This document shows, piece by piece, positions 19,274-28,820 of a DNA stretch of 32,000 nt. Within the stretch, counting starts at the first letter, position 1; every line of letters begins with the position of its first letter. The position numbers and the translations under genes are program-made. Source of the stretch: Candidatus Saccharimonadota bacterium. GTDB lineage: Bacteria; Patescibacteriota; Gracilibacteria; Absconditabacterales; Absconditicoccaceae. The notes beneath the pieces are model-generated. The model searched no databases and had not been told where the DNA came from. It saw only the letters and a program-made list of their open reading frames with translations. Location of the stretch: positions 870,001-902,000 of the forward strand of contig CP006913.1 of assembly GCA_000503875.1 (NCBI GenBank), written 5' to 3'.

Positions 19274-19303
19274 AAAAAAGTCGCAGAATCCTGCGACTTT
19301 TTT
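19274..19303. terminator. Strong bidirectional terminator between the radical SAM and DCD-like genes
   Basis: aaaaaagtcgcag / ctgcgactttttt, a 13-bp stem with loop aatc. Confidence 0.85.
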
Positions 19304-19352
19304 CAATTACACTATTTAATATTTTTTGATTCAATAATATATTAATTTTTAT

Positions 19353-20306
19353 TTATCAATCCTTATGGTAAATATGCAATTCTATAAAGTCATTAAATTC
19401 ATTTCCTTTCACTATTTCTGTCCTAATAGGGCCTTTAAATCATGGATCTATCAAAGGAGAAATAATATGGTGTCACGAACCATCATATCTTTGGTAAATA
19501 ATAGTTCAAAAATACTCTCCAAAATCCACATAAAATGTTTCTCCGATATTAAAATTATGTTCAGTATGTTGAGGATTAGCAGAATCAAAAGGTTGTAACA
19601 CATCAACTAAATTCTTTTTTGATTGAATCAAAATTCCTTTATGGTTATCAGGAATATAAATATTTCAATTTAGTTTAAGTTTTAATGTTAACGCCTGATC
19701 AATTTCACCTTCTGTAAGCTCTTTAGCTTCTCAAATATTTTCTATCATATCTGGCGTTATGGTTTCCCGTTCTGAAGGAATATTTGATCATACAAGAACC
19801 CAAGTCTTACCATATTCTCATTCGATTTTAATTTTTCATTTTTCTATAATATTGTACAAATCTTTTCCTGTAATACTACTTCCACTAGGTCTAAAATAGA
19901 GTCTTAAAAATGGAGTTTGAGGCTGTATTTCTACAGGAGATAGTCATCTATTAATTACTGAAACAGAAACATCAACAAAGCCTTTTTCACGAAATTCAGC
20001 CAAATCAGCATAAGAAATATAATCAAACATATTTCCCAACATATGTATTCATGACTGAGCAAAACAACTTCTCATAGAAATTTCCAGGTGTTTCATCATT
20101 CAAGTAGAAAGTAATCATACTTCTGGAAATAATTTTTTATCTAATCTAACAACCACAGGAGTAACTTCACCCGCAGCAAGAACGACATTTTCTACAACAG
20201 AAAAATCATCGCTTACTCGAAATTTTTTGATATGAGTATCCAAAATCTGACGACTAAGATATGAATTAGCTCCAAATAGCTGATCTTCATTTGAAAATAT
20301 TTCCAT
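19353..20306 (-). CDS. dCTP deaminase/dUTPase-superfamily (DCD-like) protein
   Basis: I fully translated it: ATG at complement 20304-20306, TAA at complement 19353-19355, 317 codons with 12 in-frame TGA and no TAA/TAG. The C-terminal motif HHIISPLIDP(TGA)FKGPIRTEI resembles the dCTP deaminase signature IDPGFxGxxTLE. Confidence 0.5.
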
Positions 20307-20324
20307 ATGCCAATAAAAAATAAA

Positions 20325-21233
20325 TTATCTACTCAATTTCAAAATTCTCAATTTTTGCCAGTATAAATGCCCATCATGATAATCTTCTTTCAATCACTTT
20401 TCCTTAATCAAATAATCTAACCATTCCTTATTATTAAGAACATTCCCGACTTTCAAAGGCACTTCCATATAATCCAAAAGTTCTACTTTAGCACCAGAAG
20501 CTGCAATAATAGGATCTATAATATCATCAGCAAGATTTGAAACATTGATAATCAACTCCTTATTGAAATTTTTTATAAGATAAATCAATAATTCCAAGCC
20601 TTCATACGGATTATCTTCAATTGCTTTAGGTCTAGGAATATACGGTGGGTTACACACAATAAGATCAAACTTTTTGTCTTTTAAATATTTTCTAGCATCT
20701 CATAACACAAATTCTGCTCTCGAATCTTTGTTGGTATCATCAAAATACTTTTTCGCATTAGCATTAATATCACTCATCACTATTTGATGAAGATTTTTTG
20801 CTTTTGTTCAGATATATTTAGCAATAAATCCTGGTCCACTACCAACCTCTATAAGGTTTTCCATTTCATCAAAATCGATGTCTTTTATTGCTCTACAAAA
20901 TAACAACGTATCAATATTTGGAGACCAAACCCCATGATATTTTCCTTGTTCAAACTCCATTCTCAATCCATCATATTCTACTATTGTCATCGGTTTACGC
21001 AAAAGAAGTTGAACCGTTTGTCTAGCAATATAGTCTTTGATATGAAAAAATTTATAATCGTCTGTCATCAAAACAGGATGTTCTATAGTCGTCACAAATT
21101 GTTCTTGCGTATGAGGAAATTCATAAATTCTATTTCCTTCAGCATCTCTATCTTTACCCATAGTTTCAGCTAATTCTGGTCCTGTCGCATAAATATCTTG
21201 ATGAGATAGTTCCTTATCAAAAGAAAGTTTCAT
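20325..21233 (-). CDS. HemK/PrmC/Mtq2-like SAM-dependent methyltransferase (NPPY motif)
   Basis: ATG at complement 21231-21233, TAA at complement 20325-20327, 302 codons, 3 TGA. Motif I EVGSGPGFIA, motif IV VCNPPYIP, and VWSPNIDTLLF resembling VYxPxEDTxLL. It carries an N-terminal extension of about 100 aa. Confidence 0.7.
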
Positions 21234-21365
21234 AAAAAACACGATAATAAAGTAAATATTCTTGAACTTATTATAAATATTTGTCGTAAAAAGTCAATAA
21301 ATATATTGAAATTAGACAAAGAATATATAGTATAGAATAAACATATTTACCTATAAACTATTTTC

Positions 21366-23147
21366 ATGAAACAAGCGCTATATGCATGATCCTTTGACCC
21401 TATAACTCACGGACACAAAGATATCACAGAAAGAGCCGCAAAACATTTCGACAAAGTAACTGTTGGTATTGGTGTTAATCCAGATAAAGAAGGAAGATAT
21501 CTTTTTTCCTTACAAGAAAGACTCCATCTTACGCGTGAAGTCCTCAAAGATATTTTAAATGTGGATGTTTTGGCATTTAGAGGCATGCTTTCTGATTTTG
21601 CCTATGAAAACAAATATCCAGTAGTCGTAAGAGGAATCAGAAATGGGAAAGATTTTGAAATGGAACAAGAACTGCAATGGGCTATTGAAAGGCAAAAACT
21701 TGGAATAGAAACATTTTTTCTTAATGCAAAACAATCAGTTTCAGATGTTAGTTCTAGTGCCGTAAAATCAGTACTCAAAGAACAAGGAGATATTAAACCC
21801 TATGCCCCATTAATCATTAAACAAGCAATGGAAGGAAGACTTTTAGGTCAATATATAGCAGGAGTTACTTGAAGTGTAGGATCTGGAAAATCATTCACTA
21901 CAGATACATTTATGAAACTCTGCGAAAAAAATGGAATCACCTGACACAATCTTGATTTAGATAAAATAGGTCACGAAATCCAATGACCACTCCAAGAACC
22001 AATTTATCAAGAAACTAGACAAAGAATAATCCAAACATTTGGAGATGATGTGGCAAATGAAGATGGGACTATAAACAGAGAAAATCTTGGTCCAAAGGTA
22101 TTTTGAGATGCTAAAAAATTAGAAGAACTCAATGCCATCATGCATGATCCTATGAGAGTGAGAACAAGAAGACTAATGTACAACCAAAAAGGATTATTCT
22201 TCTATAACGCAGCACTCATTGCAGAAAATAACGCATCAAATATTGTAAACAATAATATAGTTTTGGTTAATGTAGATCCAGCAATTCAAGCAAAAAGATT
22301 GGAAGAAAGATGAGCATCTCCAGAAGATGTCACAAGAAGACTAAAAAGCCAATTTACCACAGAATATAAAAAAAGTCTATTACTAGAAAGTATAAAAAAA
22401 GATGAGCATGGACTTATTATTGATCTTCAAACACCCTATATCAATCAAAGTGAAAAAATCGCTTTCAACGCATTGTTAGCACAAATAGATACGTTTGGAG
22501 AACTTCGTTTTTCTGGATTACTCAACAGATTATGAGTCAAAGAAAATCATGCCAAACTTTTTGCTGAACTAAGAAATATGTATGATAGGCCCATCTCTCC
22601 CGATGCAAATCGAGATGAAATAACTCAAAAAATAAAAGGAAATTATCACAAACGATTACACATTATAGACTCCTCAAATGAATTTTATAAAATCAGACAT
22701 CTTATCAAAAATCCTGATATTATTGAATGTGCAATATTATTTCACGATATTATTTACGATCCAACATCAAAAACCAACGAGGAAGATAGTGCAAACTTTG
22801 CAGAAAATATATTAATCAAACGATGACTTCCAAAAGATTTTATAGAAGAGGTAAAAAGATATATTCTTCTAACCAAGCACGACAAAATTCCAGATACTGA
22901 AGATGGTAAATATCTAGTGGATATCGATACGTCTATCTTATGAAGAGAACGAAAAAAATATGAACAATATGCCAAAGATATCAGAAGAGAATATTATATG
23001 TATTCAGACAATAAGTATAACGCAGGAAGAAAAAATGTATTAAAGTTTTTCCTAGAAAAAGAAAATATATTCCAAACAGAGCATTTTCAAAACAAGTATA
23101 AAGACCAGGCAAAAACAAATATCGAACAAGAAATTTCTTCATTATAA
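21366..23147 (+). CDS. coaD-coaE: Tri-domain fusion: phosphopantetheine adenylyltransferase (CoaD), dephospho-CoA kinase (CoaE) and a COG4339-like HD phosphohydrolase
   Basis: ATG 21366, TAA 23145-23147, 593 codons, 9 TGA, single frame. CoaD motif YA(TGA)SFDPITHGH. CoaE P-loop IAGVT(TGA)SVGSGKS follows directly after the CoaD C-terminus. The C-terminal domain has YHKRLH...AILFHDIIYDP...NEEDSANFA...LLTKHD...DIDTSIL(TGA)RE. Confidence 0.85.
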
Positions 23148-23158
23148 ACGATGAACTA

Positions 23159-23175
23159 ATTGTATATATAACAAA
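23159..23175 (+). promoter_or_regulatory. Degenerate ATTGTA-N5-AACAAA box upstream of nrtR (possible autoregulation)
   Basis: The left arm is perfect and the right arm matches 4 of 6 positions. It lies 61 nt upstream of the nrtR ATG. Confidence 0.3.
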
Positions 23176-23206
23176 TATTGATTTTCATTATAAAAAGAAT
23201 AGAATC

Positions 23207-23231
23207 AAATCAGATTTTAATTCTGATTTTT
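23207..23231 (+). terminator. Hairpin plus T-run after the coaD-coaE-HD gene, ending 5 nt before the nrtR start
   Basis: Stem aaatcaga / tctgattt with loop ttttaat, followed by a T-run. Confidence 0.5.
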
Positions 23232-23235
23232 GCAA

Positions 23236-23895
23236 ATGAGCAAACAAAACATTCTTATCACGGTAGACAACATTGTCTTCAGTATCGTAGATCAACAACT
23301 CCAAGTTCTTTTGATTAAAAGACTTATAGAACCGTTCAAGGATATGCGAGCCTTGCCAGGATGATTCGTTTTGGAAAACGAAAATTTAGAAAAAGCTGCT
23401 CACAGAGAACTCGAAGAAGAAACTAGCGTAAAAAATATTTATCTAGAACAACTCTATACTTTTTCTGAGGTAAATAGAGACCCAAGAGGAAGAGTTATTT
23501 CTTGTGCATATATGGCACTTGTTGCAAGAGAAAACATCATTATCAATCCAGGATCTGATGCGGCAGAAACACAATTTTTTGCGGTAAATAAATTACCAAA
23601 ATTAGCCTTCGATCACAAAAAAGTAATAGAATATGCCCTTCAAAGATTAAAGTGGAAAATGGAATATACTAATATCGCTCAATATATTTTGCCAAGAAAA
23701 TTTACGCTTTCAGAATTACAAAAAGTGTATGAAACGATACTCAACCAAGCTATCGATGTAAGAAACTTTAGAAAAAAGATTGAAAAACTGTGACTTGTAA
23801 AAGAAACAGGAGAAAAAGAAATCGGCGTACAATACAGACCCGCAAAATTATATGAATTTAGTACAAGAAAATTGGAAATTGTAGACGTATTATAA
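23236..23895 (+). CDS. nrtR: Nudix-related transcriptional regulator of NAD metabolism (NrtR family)
   Basis: ATG 23236, TAA 23893-23895, 219 codons, 2 TGA. The N-terminal Nudix-like domain has M(CGA)ALPG(TGA)FV...AAHRELEEETS. The C-terminal winged-helix-like part has FTLSELQKVYETILNQAIDVRNFRKKI. It lies near NAD genes that carry palindromic boxes. Confidence 0.8.
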
Positions 23896-23910
23896 AAAAA
23901 TGAAGTAAGC

Positions 23911-23938
23911 AAAAAGTTCCCAAAATGGGAACTTTTTT
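23911..23938. terminator. Bidirectional terminator between nrtR and the downstream convergent gene
   Basis: Stem agttccca / tgggaact with loop aaa, flanked by an A-run and a T-run. Confidence 0.8.
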
Positions 23939-23957
23939 AAAATTAAAAAGAAACAAA

Positions 23958-24650
23958 TTAAACAATTTTTTCTACTTTCCAAACCACATAATCAGTATCC
24001 TGACCAAATGGGTTGTGCATAAATTGTTTCTTGTAATGGATCATTATCTGCTTTCCGGACAACAAAGATGTCATCAATGACCTATAAATATTTTCATCGG
24101 TAACAGACATAGACATAAAGTCATTTCCAATATTACTTAACTGGAACATAACCTCGTAAGATTTGGTAATAGTTCCACGTTTAGAAAGTTTCACAACTCT
24201 ACCAATACGGAACCCTTCAGACTTAAGTCCATCAATACCTTGTTCTTGATAAGGCAGAATAGCAATAGACGTATCCAAGGGCGAAATCTCTAACGGTTCA
24301 TATTCATTTTCCCAATTCAGTGGTCCAATTCTATATTGACGATATTTAATCACCACATATTTATTAGCATATTGGGAAATATTAGAAACCAATGCCGATT
24401 TTGTCGAAAGAGAGAATTGCCAAGGATTTATCAATACACTATCTTTCATATCAAAATAATATGAACTCTCCTTCCCAAGAAGAAGATCTCCCTCACAGGA
24501 TTTAAAAATGAGACCCGTAGAAGAGAATTTATTGAGCTTTCCCATTCGATATCCTTCAGAATAAGTGCCATAGCCCATATCCTGAGTAAAATACATTAAA
24601 ACAAAGAAAGCAACAATAAGGATACCAGCAATTATTAAAAGCTTTTTCAT
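23958..24650 (-). CDS. Membrane-anchored hypothetical protein with an internal tandem duplication
   Basis: Intact 230-codon ORF with an N-terminal TM/signal segment (KKLLIIAGILIVAFFVLMYF). It contains two homologous halves: SEGYRMGKLNKFSSTGLIFKS...VVIKYRQ and SEGFRIGRVVKLSKRGTITKS...IMIHYKKQ. No TGA codons. Confidence 0.6.
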   Translation of the reverse strand: MKKLLIIAGILIVAFFVLMYFTQDMGYGTYSEGYRMGKLNKFSSTGLIFKSCEGDLLLGKESSYYFDMKDSVLINPWQFSLSTKSALVSNISQYANKYVVIKYRQYRIGPLNWENEYEPLEISPLDTSIAILPYQEQGIDGLKSEGFRIGRVVKLSKRGTITKSYEVMFQLSNIGNDFMSMSVTDENIYRSLMTSLLSGKQIMIHYKKQFMHNPFGQDTDYVVWKVEKIV

Positions 24651-24933
24651 AAATATAATATTTTTGGTTTATGATTTCAATATAAATATTTAAGTAAAAA
24701 TGTCAATAGAAATAATTATTAAAAAAACACCAGAGAGAAACCGAGGTGTGATTTTTCTAAACTAAATATACCCTTACCTATAATTGTCTCAGCCTTTCTC
24801 CTAATGAAATAGGTGATTTACGATAAGAAATAGCAAAGAATCTATAGCAAAAATCAAGCTATGAAAAATTTCTCAATTTTCTCTTGAACTTGATTTTCAT
24901 TTTCCTATACAGACACATCCCACTTTTTTTAAA

Positions 24934-24982
24934 ACACAATATCTAGTGCTATTATATCATAAAAAAACACAATATCTAGTAT
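24934..24982 (+). promoter_or_regulatory. Tandem NrdR boxes upstream of nrdA
   Basis: ACACAATATCTAGTGC (24934-24949) and ACACAATATCTAGTAT (24967-24982) sit 33 bp apart. Both fit the NrdR-box consensus acaCwAtATaTwGtgt. The second box ends 28 nt before the nrdA ATG. Confidence 0.65.
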
Positions 24983-25009
24983 TTTATTCTATAAATTCCA
25001 AAATCAAAC

Positions 25010-27283
25010 ATGTTCTTCCTTGTAACTAAACACAGCACTGCCAAAGAAAATTTTAGCCGAGAAAAAATCGAAAAAACATTTCAAAGAGCGACACTATGAT
25101 TGGAAGATCTTTGTAATTTTGATGACATCAAAAAAGAACTAGAAAAATATTTGATGGAAAATATAGCCACCAAAGATATCACAAAGCTCCTTATCAAAGC
25201 AGTAATAAATTTGATATCAATCGAAAATACCCATTGGCAACTTGTTGCAGGAAGATTACTTACCATGGATCTCTACAAACAAGCAATGAGAAATAGAAAT
25301 ATACCCATCGAAAATATCTATTCGAATCAAAATTTTAGCCAACACTTCCAACAATATATTCAACAAAAAAAATATTATCAGAATTTTATGGAATATTATA
25401 GCCCAGAAGACATACAAAAAGCTGGTTCTTATCTAAAGAAAGAATACGATTTCGCATACGGATATACAACCGCACTTATGATCAAAAAACGTTATTTACT
25501 GAATCCAAACAACGATATTCAGGAATTACCGCAAGAAATGTATATGGCAATAGCCCTTTTCCTCGCTATTCCAGAGAGCCCAGAAACCAGACTAGAAACT
25601 GCTTTCGCCATCTATGATGCCTGTGCTACCCAGAAAATATCCTTGCCAACGCCAACCTTAATGAACGCAAGAACCAATTTTCACCAGCTTTCCAGTTGTT
25701 TCAAACTCAATGTGGATGATGATCTCAGATCTATCTACCACAACATCGAAAACATGGCACAAATCTCCAAATTTGGAGGTGGAATCTGAGTATATCTCGG
25801 AAATATCAGGTCCAAGGGATCCGATATCAGAGGGGTCAGGGGCGCTTCAGGATGAATTCTCCCTTGGACAAAAGTCATCAACGATACAGCAATTGCGGTG
25901 AACCAACTTGGTGCAAGAGCTGGGGCAATTTCAGTGACGCTCGATATCTGGCACAGAGATATCCTTGATTTCCTAGATATGCAAACAGAAACAGGAGATA
26001 TTAGAAGAAAATCTTTTGATATATTTCCTGCGGTCAGCGTACCCGATCTCTTTATGCAGAGAGTCATGGATAACAAAGATCGAACCCTTTTTGATCCCAA
26101 AGAGATAAACGATAAAACAGGCAAAAAGCTTCAAAACCTCTTTCAAGAAGACTTCACAACATTCTATGAACAACTAGAACAAGACCCAAATATCACGCTC
26201 AAACAAAGCATTCCCGCCAAAGATCTTTTCAAAAAGTTTCTCAAATCTGTGGTAGAAACTGGAATGCCGTATACTTTTTTCCGCGACACGGTCAACAGAA
26301 CAAATCCCAACAATCACGCAGGAAACATTTATTCTAGCCAACTCTGCACCGAAATAGCGCAAAATACTTCTCCTTCTGAGTTTATTGAAGAGACAGAAGA
26401 AAATGGAAATATCAATATCAAATACAAACCAGGCGATTCTGTGGTGTGTAATCTCGCTTCTATAAACGTTGCTAAAGTATATACTCCAGAAGAGATCAAT
26501 AAGATTGTACCTATTGCCATGCGCATTCTCGACAATGTTATTACGCTAAACTTCTTCCCAATCAAGGAAGCAGAAATCACCGCGAAGAAATATAGAAGTG
26601 TTGGACTGGGTTTTCTAGGATTGGCTGAATATCTAGCGGTAAACAATATGGTCTATGACTCAGCTTTCGCAAGAACCCATATCGATCAACTCTTCGAACA
26701 ATACGCCTACACAACCATCAAAGCATCCAACGAATTAGCCCAAGAAAGAGGCGCATACGAATTATTTAAAGGAAGCCAACGAGAAAAAGGAATTCTTTTT
26801 GGGAGAGACGAACAACGATATAGCCAACATTCTACGCTCAAAGATAAACGGTCCGATCTTATCAAAAATATCAAAACACATGGAATCAGATTTGCTTATC
26901 ATCTTTCCCCTGCGCCAAACACATCAACCTCATTAGTCGTAGGAACAACTGCTGGATTACTCCCTATCTACAAGAAATACTTTGTAGAAACCAACGGAGT
27001 CGCCCCTAGTGTAAACGTAGCACCAAATCTAAACAAAGAAAATACACGATTCTACAAAGAATATGTACATATGAAAATGCCAGAAGTCATCGATATGATC
27101 TCTACTATCCAAAAACGAGTAGACCAATCAATCAGCTTTGAATGGATAGTAAATCCAGCCGAAACGACACCATCAGAACTTTACGCTTACTATGTCAAAT
27201 CACGACAACAAGGCATCAAAACAATTTATTATGTTAGAAGCATGAGCCTAGACGTCAAAGAATGCAGCAGCTGTAGCGGATAA
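25010..27283 (+). CDS. nrdA: Ribonucleotide reductase class Ia alpha subunit with N-terminal ATP-cone
   Basis: ATG 25010, TAA 27281-27283, 757 codons. Fragments in one frame are joined by 3 TGA. Motifs SQLCTEI, SPAPNTSTS and C-terminal CSSCSG. CGA/CGG fall on conserved Trp positions (QK-W-VDQSIS, KS-W-QQGIKTIYY, DK-W-SDLIKNIKTHG). Confidence 0.95.
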
Positions 27284-27323
27284 AAAACACAGAAATAATT
27301 TTAACCATTAATTCTCTATCACC

Positions 27324-27980
27324 ATGAACAATATTATAGAAGCCCTTAACCGACGTTATGCAACCAAAAAATTCGATACCAACAAAAAGATTAATCAGGA
27401 AGATTTCACTACCTTACTTGAATCATTGAGATTGGCTCCATCTTCATTTGGACTTCAACCATGGAAATTTATCCATGTAAAAACACCTGAAATCAGAACT
27501 GAATTACAAAATAATTCTCGAGGACAAGCTCAGGTAACTGAAGCCTCTGATTTGATTGTCATTGCTGTTAAAACAACAATGGATGAAAACGATGTGGAAG
27601 AATATACACAAAGTATACAAAAAATAAGAGCAGTAAATGTAAGTGAAATATCAGAAGCTGATATCAAAAAACTCTTAGATTACAAAAATATGATGATAGG
27701 AACTATCACCTCAAGGACTCCAGAACAAATCAAATCGTGGAATCAAAAACAAGCATACATAGCAATGGGATTTCTTCTAGAAACCTGTGCAATTTTGGGC
27801 ATAGATGCTTGTCCTATGGAAGGCTTCGATCCTAATAAATACGATGAAATTTTATGACTAGATAAACTATGACTCACTGCAACCGTAGTTATCCCTGTAG
27901 GATACAGATCAAGCGAAGATAAATATGCAGACCTAACAAAAGTAAGATTTGATAAAGAAGAAGTAGTAATAGAAAAGTAG
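27324..27980 (+). CDS. NAD(P)H nitroreductase family protein
   Basis: ATG 27324, TAG 27978-27980, 218 codons, 2 TGA. LN(CGA)RYATKKF resembles the WRYATKKF start seen in this family. Also LAPSSFGLQPWKF and ACPMEGF. Confidence 0.85.
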
Positions 27981-27987
27981 CTTTTTA

Positions 27988-28246
27988 AAAAAACCTAGGG
28001 ATATAGTCACCCCTAGGTCCGCAGAAAATACCTGCATTCTGTTTTCGCTCGCCACTACTCACAGAAAAATAACGTCGCAACAGAAAATTCGAATTTAGTA
28101 AACGCACATATGCAGCCCGGAGATTTATAATATACAATATCGCGAATTTCATATACGCAATCTCTATTGTCGAATGTGGCGTCGGGCCCTCTGTCGCTAA
28201 TTATAATGGAAATAAATAGTCACTACTCTTTGAGCAACCCACCATC
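27988..28246 (-). ncRNA. Candidate structured non-coding RNA (~260 nt, family not identified)
   Basis: Relatively GC-rich island in an AT-rich spacer. Minus-strand promoter: -35 TTGACT (complement 28275-28280), 16-nt spacer, -10 TATATT (complement 28253-28258). Minus-strand terminator cctaggg/ccctagg (27995-28017) followed by a T-run. Several internal helices are possible. Confidence 0.4.
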
Positions 28247-28308
28247 ACAGTGAATATAAAGATTACAAGAAAAAAGTCAATCTTATTTATATTTTAACGA
28301 GTTATATC

Positions 28309-28752
28309 ATGCAAATCACCCTCACTACTGGTCAAACGACAACACAAACCACTCTTTCAGACCTCTTTAAAAAATCAAAACAAACACTTCTCTACTTCTA
28401 CCCCAAAGACAACACCCCAGGTTGTACACTAGAAGCTAGAGACTTTTCTCTTCACCTCAAAACATTCTTGGAAAAAGGAATCCAAGTAATCGGTGTAAGC
28501 AAAGATTCAGAAAAATCACACTGTGGATTTATAGAAAAACAAGAATTAACCATTCCCCTTATCTCAGATCCAGAACTCATCTTACACAAACAGTTTTGAA
28601 CTCGAGGAGAAAAAAACAATTACGGCAAAATCTCCCAATGAACAATTAGATCCACTTTTCTCCTCGACCAATCAGGCAAGATTCTCAAAGAACGACGCAA
28701 CGTCAAAGCCACTGGTCATGTAGAGAAACTTATGAAAGAAATTATGCTTTAG
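28309..28752 (+). CDS. bcp: Peroxiredoxin Bcp (thiol peroxidase)
   Basis: ATG 28309, TAG 28750-28752, 147 codons, 2 TGA. Motifs FYPKDNTPGCT, F(TGA)T(CGA)GEK (GVWGEK-like) and RSTFLLD. KE(CGA)RNVKATGH has CGA at the usual Trp position. Confidence 0.85.
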
Positions 28753-28820
28753 TATACTTTTTGACCCGGAAGCAAAAAGTAACATGAAAAAATGTATTTT
28801 AACTACTAATCGCTATCACC

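Larger units (their letters stand above)
13311..19303. other. TGA-free five-gene block (TerY-P-like triad plus nicotinamidase-like plus radical SAM), likely horizontally acquired
   Basis: Zero in-frame TGA in about 1820 codons. Trp is coded by 22 TGG against 8 CGA/CGG. CGC/CGT Arg codons are common. The block is bounded by terminators at 13311-13338 and 19274-19303. Confidence 0.6.

Noticed and set aside
13311-19303. Calling the TGA-free block a mobile element, prophage or integrative island.
   Set aside because: No integrase, transposase, recombinase, tRNA target or flanking direct repeats are visible. The only evidence of foreign origin is codon usage and the stop-codon relic, so the block is labelled 'other' and not 'mobile_element'.
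24934-24982. Two copies of a 16-mer spaced 33 bp apart, which might look like a mini CRISPR or tandem repeat.
   Set aside because: There are only two copies. Each is an imperfect palindrome fitting the NrdR-box consensus, and they sit directly upstream of nrdA. They were annotated as regulatory sites.
27985-28152. A 55-codon minus-strand ORF (MKFAILYIINL...) spanning the GC-rich spacer.
   Set aside because: It has no recognisable domain. It would run straight through its own terminator hairpin, and it is too short to assess. It is kept only as an alternative to the RNA interpretation.
27985-28260. Assigning the structured-RNA candidate to RNase P RNA, tmRNA, SRP RNA or a cobalamin riboswitch.
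   Set aside because: A string resembling the RNase P P4 5' strand (aaatctccgggctgcata) has no complementary 3' strand (no cccgg...ttt). The plus-strand ...acccacca has neither a preceding T-arm nor a matching 5' acceptor strand. The SRP domain IV consensus is not present. The B12-box resemblance covers only about 10 nt. The family is left unassigned.
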